A DNA stretch of 64,000 nt from a virus (Duplodnaviria > Caudoviricetes). Position numbers and translations under genes: made by a program. Below, one piece after another: positions 43,930 to 53,138 of this stretch (its first letter is position 1; each line of letters begins with the position of its first letter). A model generated the notes under the pieces. It saw only the letters and a list, made by a program, of their open reading frames with translations. It did not search any database and was not told the DNA's origin. The stretch is taken from IMG/VR virus record IMGVR_UViG_3300035670_000009, positions 139,911 to 203,910 of that record; one strand, written 5' to 3'.

Positions 43930-44958
43930 CTACGCTACTGGTCGTAAAACACGCCACACGTCGGCCAGTCGGACCTCGGCGAGCCAGCAGTCAGTGTCAT
44001 GGTGGCCAAAAGAAATGAGCAAATTGTCTTGTTTACGCGCCAGTCCGGCAGCGAATTCCACGCTCAAAGGCGTCAAAAAGTGAAAAGGCGGCGAAACAGC
44101 AACCGCGGCCAGCGGATCTCGGCGGTAAAGCACGAAACGGTGCAAATATGCGCGGTGATACCCGTGCCGCCGTTCTTTGGCGTTCGGCACGTTAAGCAGC
44201 GTCTCGTGCACTACCCCGATCGCGTGTTCTTGGTCGATGTTGACGATTTGCGTGCCGCCGCGCGCGCGGTTTAACACCGCAGGCGTGGCTGTCGGGGCAT
44301 CGTAAGTAAATTCTCGGCCGCTTTCGCTAACGCGGCATTGCACTGTAGCGGCGGGACTGTACAGCCAGGCGAGCGCGCCCTCAATCGGCATCCAGTTTTT
44401 CTCATTCTGTGGGCCGCGGCCGGGCAAAATGCTCAATCGCGTCCAATTGAACGCAGCGTCGAAAAACATCAGACCGATGCGCACCAACAACTCGCCGTTA
44501 TGCGAACACTCCGGCACGTCCGCAAAAGACGCGCTGGCAAACCAATTTCCGCCGACCTGAAACAGTCTGGCATCTTCGGGGCCAAAACTGGAGAAAAAAG
44601 AGGCGGCGGTAGGTCGTTCGAGCGCCTGCACATGTTTGATTTCCGCCAGCTCCAGCCGATCAGTGACGGTTACGATCACCAGCTCTGAGTGCGTGGGAAA
44701 TCCCTTTACGACCGGCCAGGAAGCGTACCGCACCGCGCAGCGGTACCCGCCTGCCGGATGCGCGCAAATGCTGGGATTTTTGTAGGTCCAACCCGGGTGC
44801 CGCGACACAATCTTCATCGGGTAGTAATGGCTGCCCACCAACCGATCGAGACTATCGGCGTGCGCAGCAAGTTCCAGCCGCAACGCGTCCTGCTCTGGCG
44901 CAGTTGCAGGCAGCGCCACGAGACGACGTTCAATCTCGGCGGCAGCGGCGTTCTGCAT
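43930..44958 (-). CDS. Five-bladed beta-propeller glycosidase-like protein (GH130/GH43 clan-like)
   Basis: YKNPSI, GPEDARLF, NEKNWMP, RGGTQ, EFAAGL and ISFG motifs. Confidence 0.7.
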   Translation of the reverse strand: MQNAAAAEIERRLVALPATAPEQDALRLELAAHADSLDRLVGSHYYPMKIVSRHPGWTYKNPSICAHPAGGYRCAVRYASWPVVKGFPTHSELVIVTVTDRLELAEIKHVQALERPTAASFFSSFGPEDARLFQVGGNWFASASFADVPECSHNGELLVRIGLMFFDAAFNWTRLSILPGRGPQNEKNWMPIEGALAWLYSPAATVQCRVSESGREFTYDAPTATPAVLNRARGGTQIVNIDQEHAIGVVHETLLNVPNAKERRHGYHRAYLHRFVLYRRDPLAAVAVSPPFHFLTPLSVEFAAGLARKQDNLLISFGHHDTDCWLAEVRLADVWRVLRPVA

Positions 44959-44961
44959 GAT

Positions 44962-45381
44962 TTAGAGCGGCTCAGGGCGCCACACGGCGGCAGGATCGAC
45001 AGCGCCGAATTCAACCACGGGAAGAGTTTCCGTAACCGATTGCCGCGCCCTAAACGCGTCGAGCCACTCCAGATCGGCGCGGCCAACCAACTCCGGCAGG
45101 TCGTCGATCCAAATGTCGACCAGCAACCCCCGAGCTTCGGCAGCCGCCCGCTTCGGACGGTGACTGGTGAAAACTAGCGCAGCCAAAAGCTGCAGTGTCG
45201 GCGCGCCGATCACGTCGGCGACCAAGGCGCGGTTCTCTGGCGTATCGTGCCGCGCCGTAACCAGGCACACAGCGTGGCCGCGACGACCGGCGAGCTGCAC
45301 AAACAAGCGCCAGAACTCGATGTCCGATGTGAACGTGCAGTCAAAATCCAGCGCGATCGTCGTGTTGCGGCGCGGCGTCAT
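44962..45381 (-). CDS. Small HAD-like phosphatase
   Basis: IALDFDCT (motif I), VTAR (II) and IWIDD (IV). Confidence 0.8.
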   Translation of the reverse strand: MTPRRNTTIALDFDCTFTSDIEFWRLFVQLAGRRGHAVCLVTARHDTPENRALVADVIGAPTLQLLAALVFTSHRPKRAAAEARGLLVDIWIDDLPELVGRADLEWLDAFRARQSVTETLPVVEFGAVDPAAVWRPEPL

Positions 45382-45647
45382 TAGTGCCAGTCACTCAGGT
45401 GTTTCACGGCGATGTAGGTGCCCGCAAACGCGCCGCAGGCAAGCGGAATCAAGTACCAGGGATTGTGAAGATAGCTCATCACGCCATACGCGCCCAGGCT
45501 GTAAAGCGCAGAGCTGATAAAACTAGCTGCGAGCACCTGTTTGCGGCTCACGCAGAGCACGTACAGCGCGTACAGAATGTCGAACACGACGTAGACGACG
45601 AACACGATCGCCGCCATAAACCAGCTGAACTCGCCTGCCGCGTCCAT
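45381..45647 (-). CDS. Small 3-TM membrane protein
   Basis: 88 aa, almost entirely hydrophobic helices. Confidence 0.7.
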   Translation of the reverse strand: MDAAGEFSWFMAAIVFVVYVVFDILYALYVLCVSRKQVLAASFISSALYSLGAYGVMSYLHNPWYLIPLACGAFAGTYIAVKHLSDWH

Positions 45648-45663
45648 GGTATTACCCTGCCCC

Positions 45664-46644
45664 TTACGTTTTCGGCTCGTAATCGAGATGCGCCATGTAA
45701 CGCTCGATCTGCCGGGCCACGTCGTCCACGGTGATTAACGACATGCAGTAGGCGATCCACTGCCCGTCTTCCATCGCGACCGGGATCTCGCAAAGACTCT
45801 TGTCTTTGCCGTCTTTATCGCCCAGCGTCACGACACGGCTTTTCCAGCACCCGCCCTGGCTGCAGCAGTTGAGCATGCCGCAGGTGTGCAGAAACTGGTG
45901 ACTGGGGCCCTGCTCCCAATGCGCCGGTTCGCGCCCGCCCGCAATCGTAATGTTGGCGCGATAGGCCCGCTTGAAACGCGGATGCGCGGGAACAGCGTAC
46001 GCCAGGTGCATGGGAAAGCTGACACCAGAGATTACGCCGAACGAGTTGTACACAAGCCGAATGAGCTGCCGCGCGTTTGTTTTCCCCACGAAGTTCAACA
46101 CATTGGGCCCTGAAAGCACAGGATGACGGTGCTCTTTAGAGCCGACTTGCGCAAACCATAGGTTAGGAAACCGCTCAACCAGCTCTTGGTAGCGCTTGAA
46201 ACTCCAGGCCTTGGCCGTGTAATCCAACTTGTGCCCGGCGTTGATCACCCAATATGGCACGTCACGTTTAAGAATCTCGTGAACGCCGGAATACCACTGA
46301 GCCTCTTGCTCAGTGATTGGCAAGAAATCCTGAAACCGACTGGAGCGGATCGGAACGCCCAGCTTTCGGCTGAGATCTTCGCTGAACGACTCGACAAAGC
46401 GAACCGGATGAGTGTTGCTGCGGTGGATACTGGGATACTCGACCCGAATCTTTTTCACTTCGGGGTCGTTCTTGTCGAGCGGCGTGATCAGCGAATTGCC
46501 GTAAAAGATATCTTTGACCGAGCAATCGACGTCGGTAAGAAATGCGCCGGGATGCGTCTCGTGAAGACTCGTAACAGCGTGCAACAGCATCACCAAGTCG
46601 CCCGGACTTTGAAAATTCTGAAACACGACTTTAAGCGGCGCCAT
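45664..46644 (-). CDS. Glycosyltransferase family 9 (heptosyltransferase-like)
   Basis: PGDLVML, AKAWS..Y, NFVGKTNARQL..VISGVSFPMHLAYA. Start reassigned to ATG 46644 (SD AGGAG). Confidence 0.8.
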   Translation of the reverse strand: MAPLKVVFQNFQSPGDLVMLLHAVTSLHETHPGAFLTDVDCSVKDIFYGNSLITPLDKNDPEVKKIRVEYPSIHRSNTHPVRFVESFSEDLSRKLGVPIRSSRFQDFLPITEQEAQWYSGVHEILKRDVPYWVINAGHKLDYTAKAWSFKRYQELVERFPNLWFAQVGSKEHRHPVLSGPNVLNFVGKTNARQLIRLVYNSFGVISGVSFPMHLAYAVPAHPRFKRAYRANITIAGGREPAHWEQGPSHQFLHTCGMLNCCSQGGCWKSRVVTLGDKDGKDKSLCEIPVAMEDGQWIAYCMSLITVDDVARQIERYMAHLDYEPKT

Positions 46645-46657
46645 GGTACTCCTGCGT

Positions 46658-48052
46658 TCACGTGAGACTGAATTGGTGTTCGATCTTGTCGGCGTTGTAA
46701 ATAAACGGCCCAGCAAGCACGCCGTCTGATCTTGGCAGCATGATTGTCGCTGTTTGCCCAAGATGCGTCTTTAAAATCATCCGCTCAGCAATAACCGTCC
46801 AGAACGTCTCATTACTGCTCGCGGGCGCTAAACGGCCGCTTGGCGTCAGTTTAGTGTCCATCAAATGAGCGCCGTCGCCGCGAAGAAACCGCACTGTCGG
46901 CGCCTGTGTAAACGCCAAGAACTTCTTTTCGGTCAAGTAGTCCAGCCACGACGTCTGCACAATATTCATTTTCGGCGTCTGCGCCAGTGCCGCCAGAAGA
47001 TGAGCCCTGATCGTTGGAACGTCGAGAAAATAATCCAGTTGCCAGTGCGCAATTGCCGCGTGCTCTTCCGCAGCGGAAAACATCGGCGCCGTATCTGCGC
47101 ACATCCACGTCAGCGTGGCTTCCTCTGTGTAAGGCACAATCCCGTACCTGTGCTGATGCATCTTGCGCACGATCATTTCCGTCTCGTCGGTGTAGAACCG
47201 GTCGGCGGCGCCGATGCACATCGCCAACACGCCGGGCGCGACGGCGAACACGTGCGAGCTACCTGCGCCTGTCAGCAGGCGGCAGTTGTTGAATAGCGTC
47301 GTAAGAATTTGCAGTGCCATGAAATGCGTGCCGTGCTTCCGCACCAGATCGCGCTGCATTGTTTTGTCGAGACCCGCGAGCGGCGTGCCGGACTCTTGCA
47401 ACACACGCAGGCGGGCATTGAATTTACCGAACTTCTCTTTGACCTCGCACCAAAACGCGTTGCGGGGCAGCTCGTGTTTAGCGTTGAGGGCGTGAAAAGT
47501 CTCGAGGCTCGACTCCCGCAGGAATATGCGGCAGTCGCTAAATTGCGCAATCACGTGCTCAGCAGAATAGTGGCCGTAAATCGCGCGCCACGGCGATTTG
47601 TACCGGCGGCGCGCGTCTGGAATTTTGTCCGCTGCGATTGGCAGGGCGTCCCAGGGCAGGTCGTCGTGCTTATAGATATCTTTCCAACCGGCGAGCTGGT
47701 CAAACCCTTTAGTGCTCGTCGAAAACGTCGAGAACCAGCCGAACATGGCGTCCAGCGAGCCTTTTTGCAGAATCACCGCGTCTGAAAACATGCCAAAAAA
47801 CGGCAACTGGTTTTCGTGACCGATCGAAATCAGCTTGATCTTGTGCTCGCGGCAGAACAGCGCCAGCTTGAAAAGATGTACGTTCAGCCACGCTTCGTGA
47901 TGATGCGGCGCGACGATGATGGCGCTGTCGTACGCGCGTTCTGGATAGAGATCCAGATAAACGTGAGGCCGGTCATTCCCCGGTACGTCGTACGGCGTGA
48001 ACGTAGCGTCGGGAATACTGACGATTTGTTGAATTGCAGTGACTGGTAACAT
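46658..48052 (-). CDS. Hypothetical protein in glycosylation island (possible glycan-modifying enzyme)
   Basis: 464-aa ORF with LLTGAGSSHVFA, reminiscent of a GT-B C-terminal motif. Assignment mostly by context. Confidence 0.55.
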   Translation of the reverse strand: MLPVTAIQQIVSIPDATFTPYDVPGNDRPHVYLDLYPERAYDSAIIVAPHHHEAWLNVHLFKLALFCREHKIKLISIGHENQLPFFGMFSDAVILQKGSLDAMFGWFSTFSTSTKGFDQLAGWKDIYKHDDLPWDALPIAADKIPDARRRYKSPWRAIYGHYSAEHVIAQFSDCRIFLRESSLETFHALNAKHELPRNAFWCEVKEKFGKFNARLRVLQESGTPLAGLDKTMQRDLVRKHGTHFMALQILTTLFNNCRLLTGAGSSHVFAVAPGVLAMCIGAADRFYTDETEMIVRKMHQHRYGIVPYTEEATLTWMCADTAPMFSAAEEHAAIAHWQLDYFLDVPTIRAHLLAALAQTPKMNIVQTSWLDYLTEKKFLAFTQAPTVRFLRGDGAHLMDTKLTPSGRLAPASSNETFWTVIAERMILKTHLGQTATIMLPRSDGVLAGPFIYNADKIEHQFSLT

Positions 48053-48057
48053 GCACT

Positions 48058-48861
48058 TTAATCCACACTGACGTTGTGCCGCGCCACAAATTCAAGAAAC
48101 AGCGACCAATCGGGGTGCTCTGGATGAATAAAGTGAATGTGCGTAAAACGGCCGCCAAACAAACTGAAGTTCACGATGTTGGGCCACTGCGTCGTGAAAT
48201 GACAATCGACCTGATGCACACGAACGAACCGCGCGGCAACGGCTAGGGCCTGGTCGCCGTAGCACCGCACCTGATCGTTGTGCGGCTGACAAATGAAATT
48301 CAAAAACTTACGGCACTCTTCGTCTTCAACGATCATTTGCAAACAAGGCGAAGACAAAAAGCTGGACTCGCGTTCGTGGTGCAAAATTGCCTTGTCGCGT
48401 TGATTCGTGTGCAAAATGCGCGACGCGTGCGCAGAACGCGCAATACCGTTGAAGAACAACGGCTCGAGCCCGGCGCCATAATCGCCGCAAATGTACAACG
48501 GGTGTTTCCAGTTGTAATCGGCATCCAATCGCGCCACCGTTCCGGCGACGTCATTGATCGAGTCGTCGTCGATCTTGTACCACCACCGCGCCGAAGCAGC
48601 CTGCGTTGGCGCAAGTTGCCGCACAAAGTCGTAGTTCTTGATTCCGCCAAACCGAAACGCTGACGAAACAAATTCCACCTCGAACGGCCATGTGGCCGGA
48701 GCAAACTCGTTTGGCACCGGCTCGCTGCCGGACAAGAAGTACACCTTCATTGACACACCGGCCCTATTTAAAAGACCGTACTTGCGAAACGCCGCAAGCC
48801 GCGCGTAATATTTTCCGTTGAACGAAACGGGCGCAAAATAAATAATATCGTACATGTGCAT
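48058..48861 (-). CDS. Fringe/GT31-like glycosyltransferase
   Basis: WWYKIDDDS DxD motif, LYICG, and GDQALA near the C-terminus. Confidence 0.6.
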   Translation of the reverse strand: MHMYDIIYFAPVSFNGKYYARLAAFRKYGLLNRAGVSMKVYFLSGSEPVPNEFAPATWPFEVEFVSSAFRFGGIKNYDFVRQLAPTQAASARWWYKIDDDSINDVAGTVARLDADYNWKHPLYICGDYGAGLEPLFFNGIARSAHASRILHTNQRDKAILHHERESSFLSSPCLQMIVEDEECRKFLNFICQPHNDQVRCYGDQALAVAARFVRVHQVDCHFTTQWPNIVNFSLFGGRFTHIHFIHPEHPDWSLFLEFVARHNVSVD

Positions 48862-48886
48862 CCCTTAAATCGACGGCGGACAACGC

Positions 48887-49660
48887 CTATATTTGCGGCG
48901 CAAGTTTTTCGTACTCTGCGAGTAGCGGCCCCGAATCCAGCAAAGCCCGTTGCGTGTGAAATGCAAAATGCGAACACAAAGCAGCTCCGCAAATCATCAC
49001 AGGACCATACATGTGCGGCGCAATTTCAGTTAGCCAAAGCTCTTCGTCAGACACTGGGAGCTTTCCAGCAAATTGCTGAAACACATCGCCGCGCCAACTT
49101 ATGGCATTAATGCTGATACGCTCACCAGGCGTAAGAAACCATCGATCAAATTTGTACCTGTCTCGGCCGCCCGATAAAAATTCGCGATGTACTAGCTGGG
49201 CGAACTCTGGGTTTTGCCAACCAACCGGATCGAAGGAGTTGTACTTACACGGCGGCAAAATACCGAACCTAAAATGAAGATGCGAACAGATCGCGTTGTT
49301 AATCACGTTTGCGGAGACAAGAAAAGCGCGATGCTCTCGTTCACGCGCTTGAAACATAATGTCCACAAAGTTGTCGTCGCACCACACAATGTCGTCGTCC
49401 AACCGCAAATACAGCGCTGACGCATCGCAGCTATCAATCGGAAAGAAGGTATGAATATTTTGAATTCCCAACTCGGGCCGCGAATCTGGCGCAATAATAA
49501 TCTTTGCCGGTAGCGACATGCAGTAAGCAATGTCGGCCGCGTCCGTGGTGTTAAGCCACAAGTGCCACTCATCAAATGAACTAGCTTGCGCTGCCAAATG
49601 CCGACTCAACAACCGCAAATAGCGCGCGCGACCGGCGGGCGTAACAATAATTCTGCGCAT
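48887..49660 (-). CDS. GT-A fold glycosyltransferase-like protein
   Basis: IVTPAGR..YL, LYLRLDDDIVW (DxD), SANVINN and SDEE. Confidence 0.7.
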   Translation of the reverse strand: MRRIIVTPAGRARYLRLLSRHLAAQASSFDEWHLWLNTTDAADIAYCMSLPAKIIIAPDSRPELGIQNIHTFFPIDSCDASALYLRLDDDIVWCDDNFVDIMFQAREREHRAFLVSANVINNAICSHLHFRFGILPPCKYNSFDPVGWQNPEFAQLVHREFLSGGRDRYKFDRWFLTPGERISINAISWRGDVFQQFAGKLPVSDEELWLTEIAPHMYGPVMICGAALCSHFAFHTQRALLDSGPLLAEYEKLAPQI

Positions 49661-49666
49661 TGTGTG

Positions 49667-50767
49667 TTACATCTTTATGTGTAAAAACTGTTTTGCGGTT
49701 GTCAGGGCGCTGCCAATGACCTGGTGCATGTCGTAATACCGGTACTCGGCCAGTCTACCGCCAAAAACGTATTTTGTCTCGGCTTTGGCTGCCTGCGCGT
49801 AGGCGGCGTAAATTCCGCGGTTGCGCGCGTCATCAATCGGGTAGTAGGGCACCGAATCCGGCCGCCACGTTTCGGGATACTCGCGCGTCACGTAGGTGCA
49901 ATCGCCGGACCCGCCGACAAAATGCCGGTGCTCGATACTGCGCGTAAACGCCACCGCTTCGTCGGTGTAGTTAATGATGGCGTTGCCTTGGTAGTCAGGC
50001 ACGGCATAAAGCTCCGATTCAAACCGGAGCGTTCGGTACTCCAGCGCGCCGTGTTTGTATTCGTAAAACTGATCTAAGCAACCCGTAAAGACCACGGTGC
50101 GGGCGCGGGCGTCCCAAACGTCGCGCTGCGCAAAGTAGTCGACGCCCAAAACAACGTCGGCGCCGGAAAGCATCTCCGTAATCATTGCCGTGTAACCCGC
50201 CGCTGGCACGCCTTGATAGGCGTCGTTGAAGTAGTTGTCGTCAAAGTTCAGCCGGATAGGCAACCGCCGCACAATGGCGGCCGGAAGGTCACGCGGTTCG
50301 CGCCGCCACTGCTTCTTGGTATAGCCGTAAATGAACGTGCGGTAAATCTCCTCGCCTACCTGGGAGAGGATCCACTCTTCAAGATTGTCCGGTCGGGCAA
50401 TTGGCACACGCACCTCGGCCAGCTTCTGGCGGGCCGCTTCAGGGGTCTGCACGCCCCAAAGCTGATACAGCGTAAAAAGATTGATTGGAAACGAATAGAG
50501 CCGCCCGGCGTAGTGAACCTTGGGCCGGTTCACAAAAGTATTGAAGGTAGCGAACTGCCGCACGTAGTTCCAGATAGTTTCGCTGTTGGTGTGGAAAATG
50601 TGCGGGCCATAGACGTGCGCCTCAATACCGTGCCGCGACTCGGTGTAGCAATTACCCGCGATGTGCTCGCGCTTATCTATGACGAGCACCCGTTTGTTCG
50701 CATTGAGGCACTCGCGGGCAAAGGTTGCGCCAAACAGGCCGCCGCCCACGATTAGAACGTCGTACAT
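49667..50767 (-). CDS. glf: UDP-galactopyranose mutase
   Basis: IVGGGLFGA FAD motif, HIAGNCY, HVYGPHIFHT, YGYTKKQW, RLPIR..FDDNYF, YQGVP, PYYP and GGRLAEYRYYDM. Confidence 0.95.
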   Translation of the reverse strand: MYDVLIVGGGLFGATFARECLNANKRVLVIDKREHIAGNCYTESRHGIEAHVYGPHIFHTNSETIWNYVRQFATFNTFVNRPKVHYAGRLYSFPINLFTLYQLWGVQTPEAARQKLAEVRVPIARPDNLEEWILSQVGEEIYRTFIYGYTKKQWRREPRDLPAAIVRRLPIRLNFDDNYFNDAYQGVPAAGYTAMITEMLSGADVVLGVDYFAQRDVWDARARTVVFTGCLDQFYEYKHGALEYRTLRFESELYAVPDYQGNAIINYTDEAVAFTRSIEHRHFVGGSGDCTYVTREYPETWRPDSVPYYPIDDARNRGIYAAYAQAAKAETKYVFGGRLAEYRYYDMHQVIGSALTTAKQFLHIKM

Positions 50768-50798
50768 TATTACAGCTTCACATATGTAGGCGTTTGAG

Positions 50799-51257
50799 CT
50801 ACTTCAATGATTGCGCTGTTAACAACACGTGCCAAGCTTTTTCCCAAGGCACAAGCTGGCGGTAATAAAGCCAGTCTTTTGTGAAATCGATCTCCGCAGC
50901 GGGCACAATAAAAATTGTGTTGTGCTTCATCGTGACGCAAATCATAACGTCGATCATAGACGTTGTGTACTGCTTGTCTCGATTCTCGGCGACGTTTTGC
51001 CCTGAAAAGCGTGCTCTTCGGCGACGCATGTTGAAACGAATTTGATGCAGCTGCGGGCGGTCAGCAAAACCCTCAAGCTCAGATTTGATTTGACAACGTT
51101 TCAACACCCCGTTTGCGTCAGTAATCAGATCGTATCCGACATCGACGGTTGGGTGCGCTGTTGCAATACCAACTTTGAAAAGCTCCATGGCCGCATAATG
51201 CGTTCCGGCCTGCCCAACCATCTGAGCAGTCCGTTTCGGCAATTCGAAGTCATCCAT
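50799..51257 (-). CDS. PD-(D/E)XK endonuclease-like protein
   Basis: GQAGTHYAAMEL..YDLI..RCQIKS..IDVMICV. Start moved to ATG 51257 because the longer ORF overlaps the tRNA. Confidence 0.7.
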   Translation of the reverse strand: MDDFELPKRTAQMVGQAGTHYAAMELFKVGIATAHPTVDVGYDLITDANGVLKRCQIKSELEGFADRPQLHQIRFNMRRRRARFSGQNVAENRDKQYTTSMIDVMICVTMKHNTIFIVPAAEIDFTKDWLYYRQLVPWEKAWHVLLTAQSLK

Positions 51258-51311
51258 GACGCAAGCCCCAGCGAATGCGCCTGATCCGTCAAGCGCGGCG
51301 TAAGACAAAAG

Positions 51312-51383
51312 CTGCCCGACCAGGATTCGAACCTGGAACCTCACGATTAACAGTCGCGCGCACTACCGTTGTGCTATCGGGCA
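51312..51383 (-). tRNA. tRNA-Asn (GTT)
   Basis: Full cloverleaf TGCCCGA/TCGGGCA, D-arm GCAC/GTGC, anticodon arm CGCGA-CTGTTAA-TCGTG, T-arm CCAGG-TTCGAAT-CCTGG, discriminator G. CCA is not encoded. Confidence 0.95.
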
Positions 51384-52061
51384 TCATGGGTCGTTTTCAG
51401 CGGGCCCGTCTGTTAATTCTTCAGGCGACAACTGCAGTCCCGTCCACAGATCGCGACCGCGAGCAAGGCGCGCGCGCAGCACTCGCGCGCGTTCACGGCG
51501 AATTTTCTCTTGCAGCGTCTGCAGGTTTTCGTGAGTTTCCGCAGCTGCGAGCTGCAGCGCGCGCTCGCGTTTTTTGAGGCGCTCTAAACGGATCACCTCC
51601 GCGTACGGCATTTTGAGCCCAAGGCGTGTTAGGTAAGACACGATCGAGCGCTTATTTAACGCGTGCTCGGGACACTGCTCGTTCCAAATTTCAGTCAATT
51701 CCCGGGGCGTGCGATTGGCAAAGTGCGCGCGCAGAAAAGACTTCAGCAAATCGCGCGTTTCGACGCTGAGCCGTTTGATGGGCATACGTTTCGACAGCCC
51801 CATGCGCCTGAGCTGCTTCTGAATTGACATCAAACTTCTAGGCAGAAGCGCCCGCCGCGCAATGAGCAGCGCAGAGAAACCCTGAGCAAACAACTCGGCG
51901 AGTTTCTGTTTTTCTTCCTCGGCCCATCGAGAACGCAACGCACGCGGTTGGCGCAATGCAAGTTTTGTTCTGGCGTTTTGAATACTTCGCCGTGTGCGCC
52001 CTGGAATAATACCAGTGCGTCGGAGCGTTTCTAATTCGGCGGCAGTGTAGTGGCCCTTCAT
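51384..52061 (-). CDS. Basic protein with tandem Myb/HTH-like repeats (putative DNA-binding)
   Basis: Repeats YTAAELETL..GRTRRSIQNAR and WAEEEKQKL..PRSLMSIQKQLRRMGL, plus a third degenerate repeat. Start uncertain (52061 or 52151). Confidence 0.6.
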   Translation of the reverse strand: MKGHYTAAELETLRRTGIIPGRTRRSIQNARTKLALRQPRALRSRWAEEEKQKLAELFAQGFSALLIARRALLPRSLMSIQKQLRRMGLSKRMPIKRLSVETRDLLKSFLRAHFANRTPRELTEIWNEQCPEHALNKRSIVSYLTRLGLKMPYAEVIRLERLKKRERALQLAAAETHENLQTLQEKIRRERARVLRARLARGRDLWTGLQLSPEELTDGPAENDP

Positions 52062-52395
52062 TAGACGCAAGTTAAAAAAGGCGGGCTGGGCGCTGGCAGC
52101 AGGACCGCTCGTGTCCCACTTGTGCTCGTGTTGCGTAAGGGCGAAGGACACGCTCGGACGGCGTTAGGAACCCAGCAACCAGCGTTAAGCGCGAAAAGAT
52201 ATCTTTCCGCAGCATCCCGGCGCCCCGGCTGTCCGATAGGGTGCAAAGTCGGCCCGGGTCGGCAGGCCGCTCCCGCAGGTACTTTTTCCGTCGCGGCGCG
52301 ATCGTTTATAGCAATCGCGGCCAGGTCGGGACCGCCTCCCTGCGTCTTTCCCGCATGTGCCCTCTGTGTACGAGTGAATGAACGCGCGGGGTATT

Positions 52396-53133
52396 TTAAG
52401 CAACCTGTTCGGAGGGCGCAACGCTCAACAGCAGCTGTTCCAGTTCGTGCATCTTGCGCAGCGAGCCGCCGCGCGCTGACCAACCCTCTAAGGTTGCTTT
52501 ATCTGTGCGCCCGTAAAGTTCGTGACCGTAGAGCCAACCAACAAGCAATACCACATACGGCGCAATGCACGCCTCTTCGAGTGCGCGCTTGGTCAAAGCA
52601 AACACGTAAATAATATTGCGGATAGCTTCCAGTGACGCAGCGCGCTTGTGCGTCAAGTGCAGCTTCATGGCCGTGTCTTCGTCGAACAGCATGCCGCGCA
52701 TAGGTTCAGACCCTTTTACGTCGATCAAAACGCGCCCACCGGCCAAAATGCAGTCCACGCCGTTGTCGCCCTTGAATTTATCCTTGTCGCGCAGTTTGCG
52801 GTTGGCAACAAACCCATTAAACCCGCCACTACCTGCAAATTCAGACCATTTGTACCAAGCAGCCTCAGCCGCCATGCCGGTGTATTGATTTTCAGGGCGC
52901 TCTGCCTCGCGACGTGCCCGTTCTTCTTCTTTGGTCATATCCCAAATATCAGAATGAAAACCGACAGGCAAAATTGCGTTCCCGGCGTATTTTGCAACAA
53001 GTACGCGTTCTTCTTGCGTAAATTCAATCGCAATTGTGTCGTGCGCGCAAAGAATACCGCACATAATCGACTCCTTCGTAAGCAGGGGTAATTCCTGTGC
53101 GAAAGAGTCTAGCGACACATAGCTGTCAGTCAA
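52396..53133 (-). CDS. Restriction-endonuclease-fold (PD-(D/E)XK-like) protein
   Basis: GMAAEAA..GDNGVD..IDVKGS..IYVFA..VLLVGW pattern. Confidence 0.6.
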   Translation of the reverse strand: MTDSYVSLDSFAQELPLLTKESIMCGILCAHDTIAIEFTQEERVLVAKYAGNAILPVGFHSDIWDMTKEEERARREAERPENQYTGMAAEAAWYKWSEFAGSGGFNGFVANRKLRDKDKFKGDNGVDCILAGGRVLIDVKGSEPMRGMLFDEDTAMKLHLTHKRAASLEAIRNIIYVFALTKRALEEACIAPYVVLLVGWLYGHELYGRTDKATLEGWSARGGSLRKMHELEQLLLSVAPSEQVA

Positions 53134-53138
53134 GAAAA

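Noticed and set aside
51258-51344. N-terminal extension of the nuclease ORF given in the track
   Set aside because: It overlaps the clear tRNA-Asn cloverleaf.
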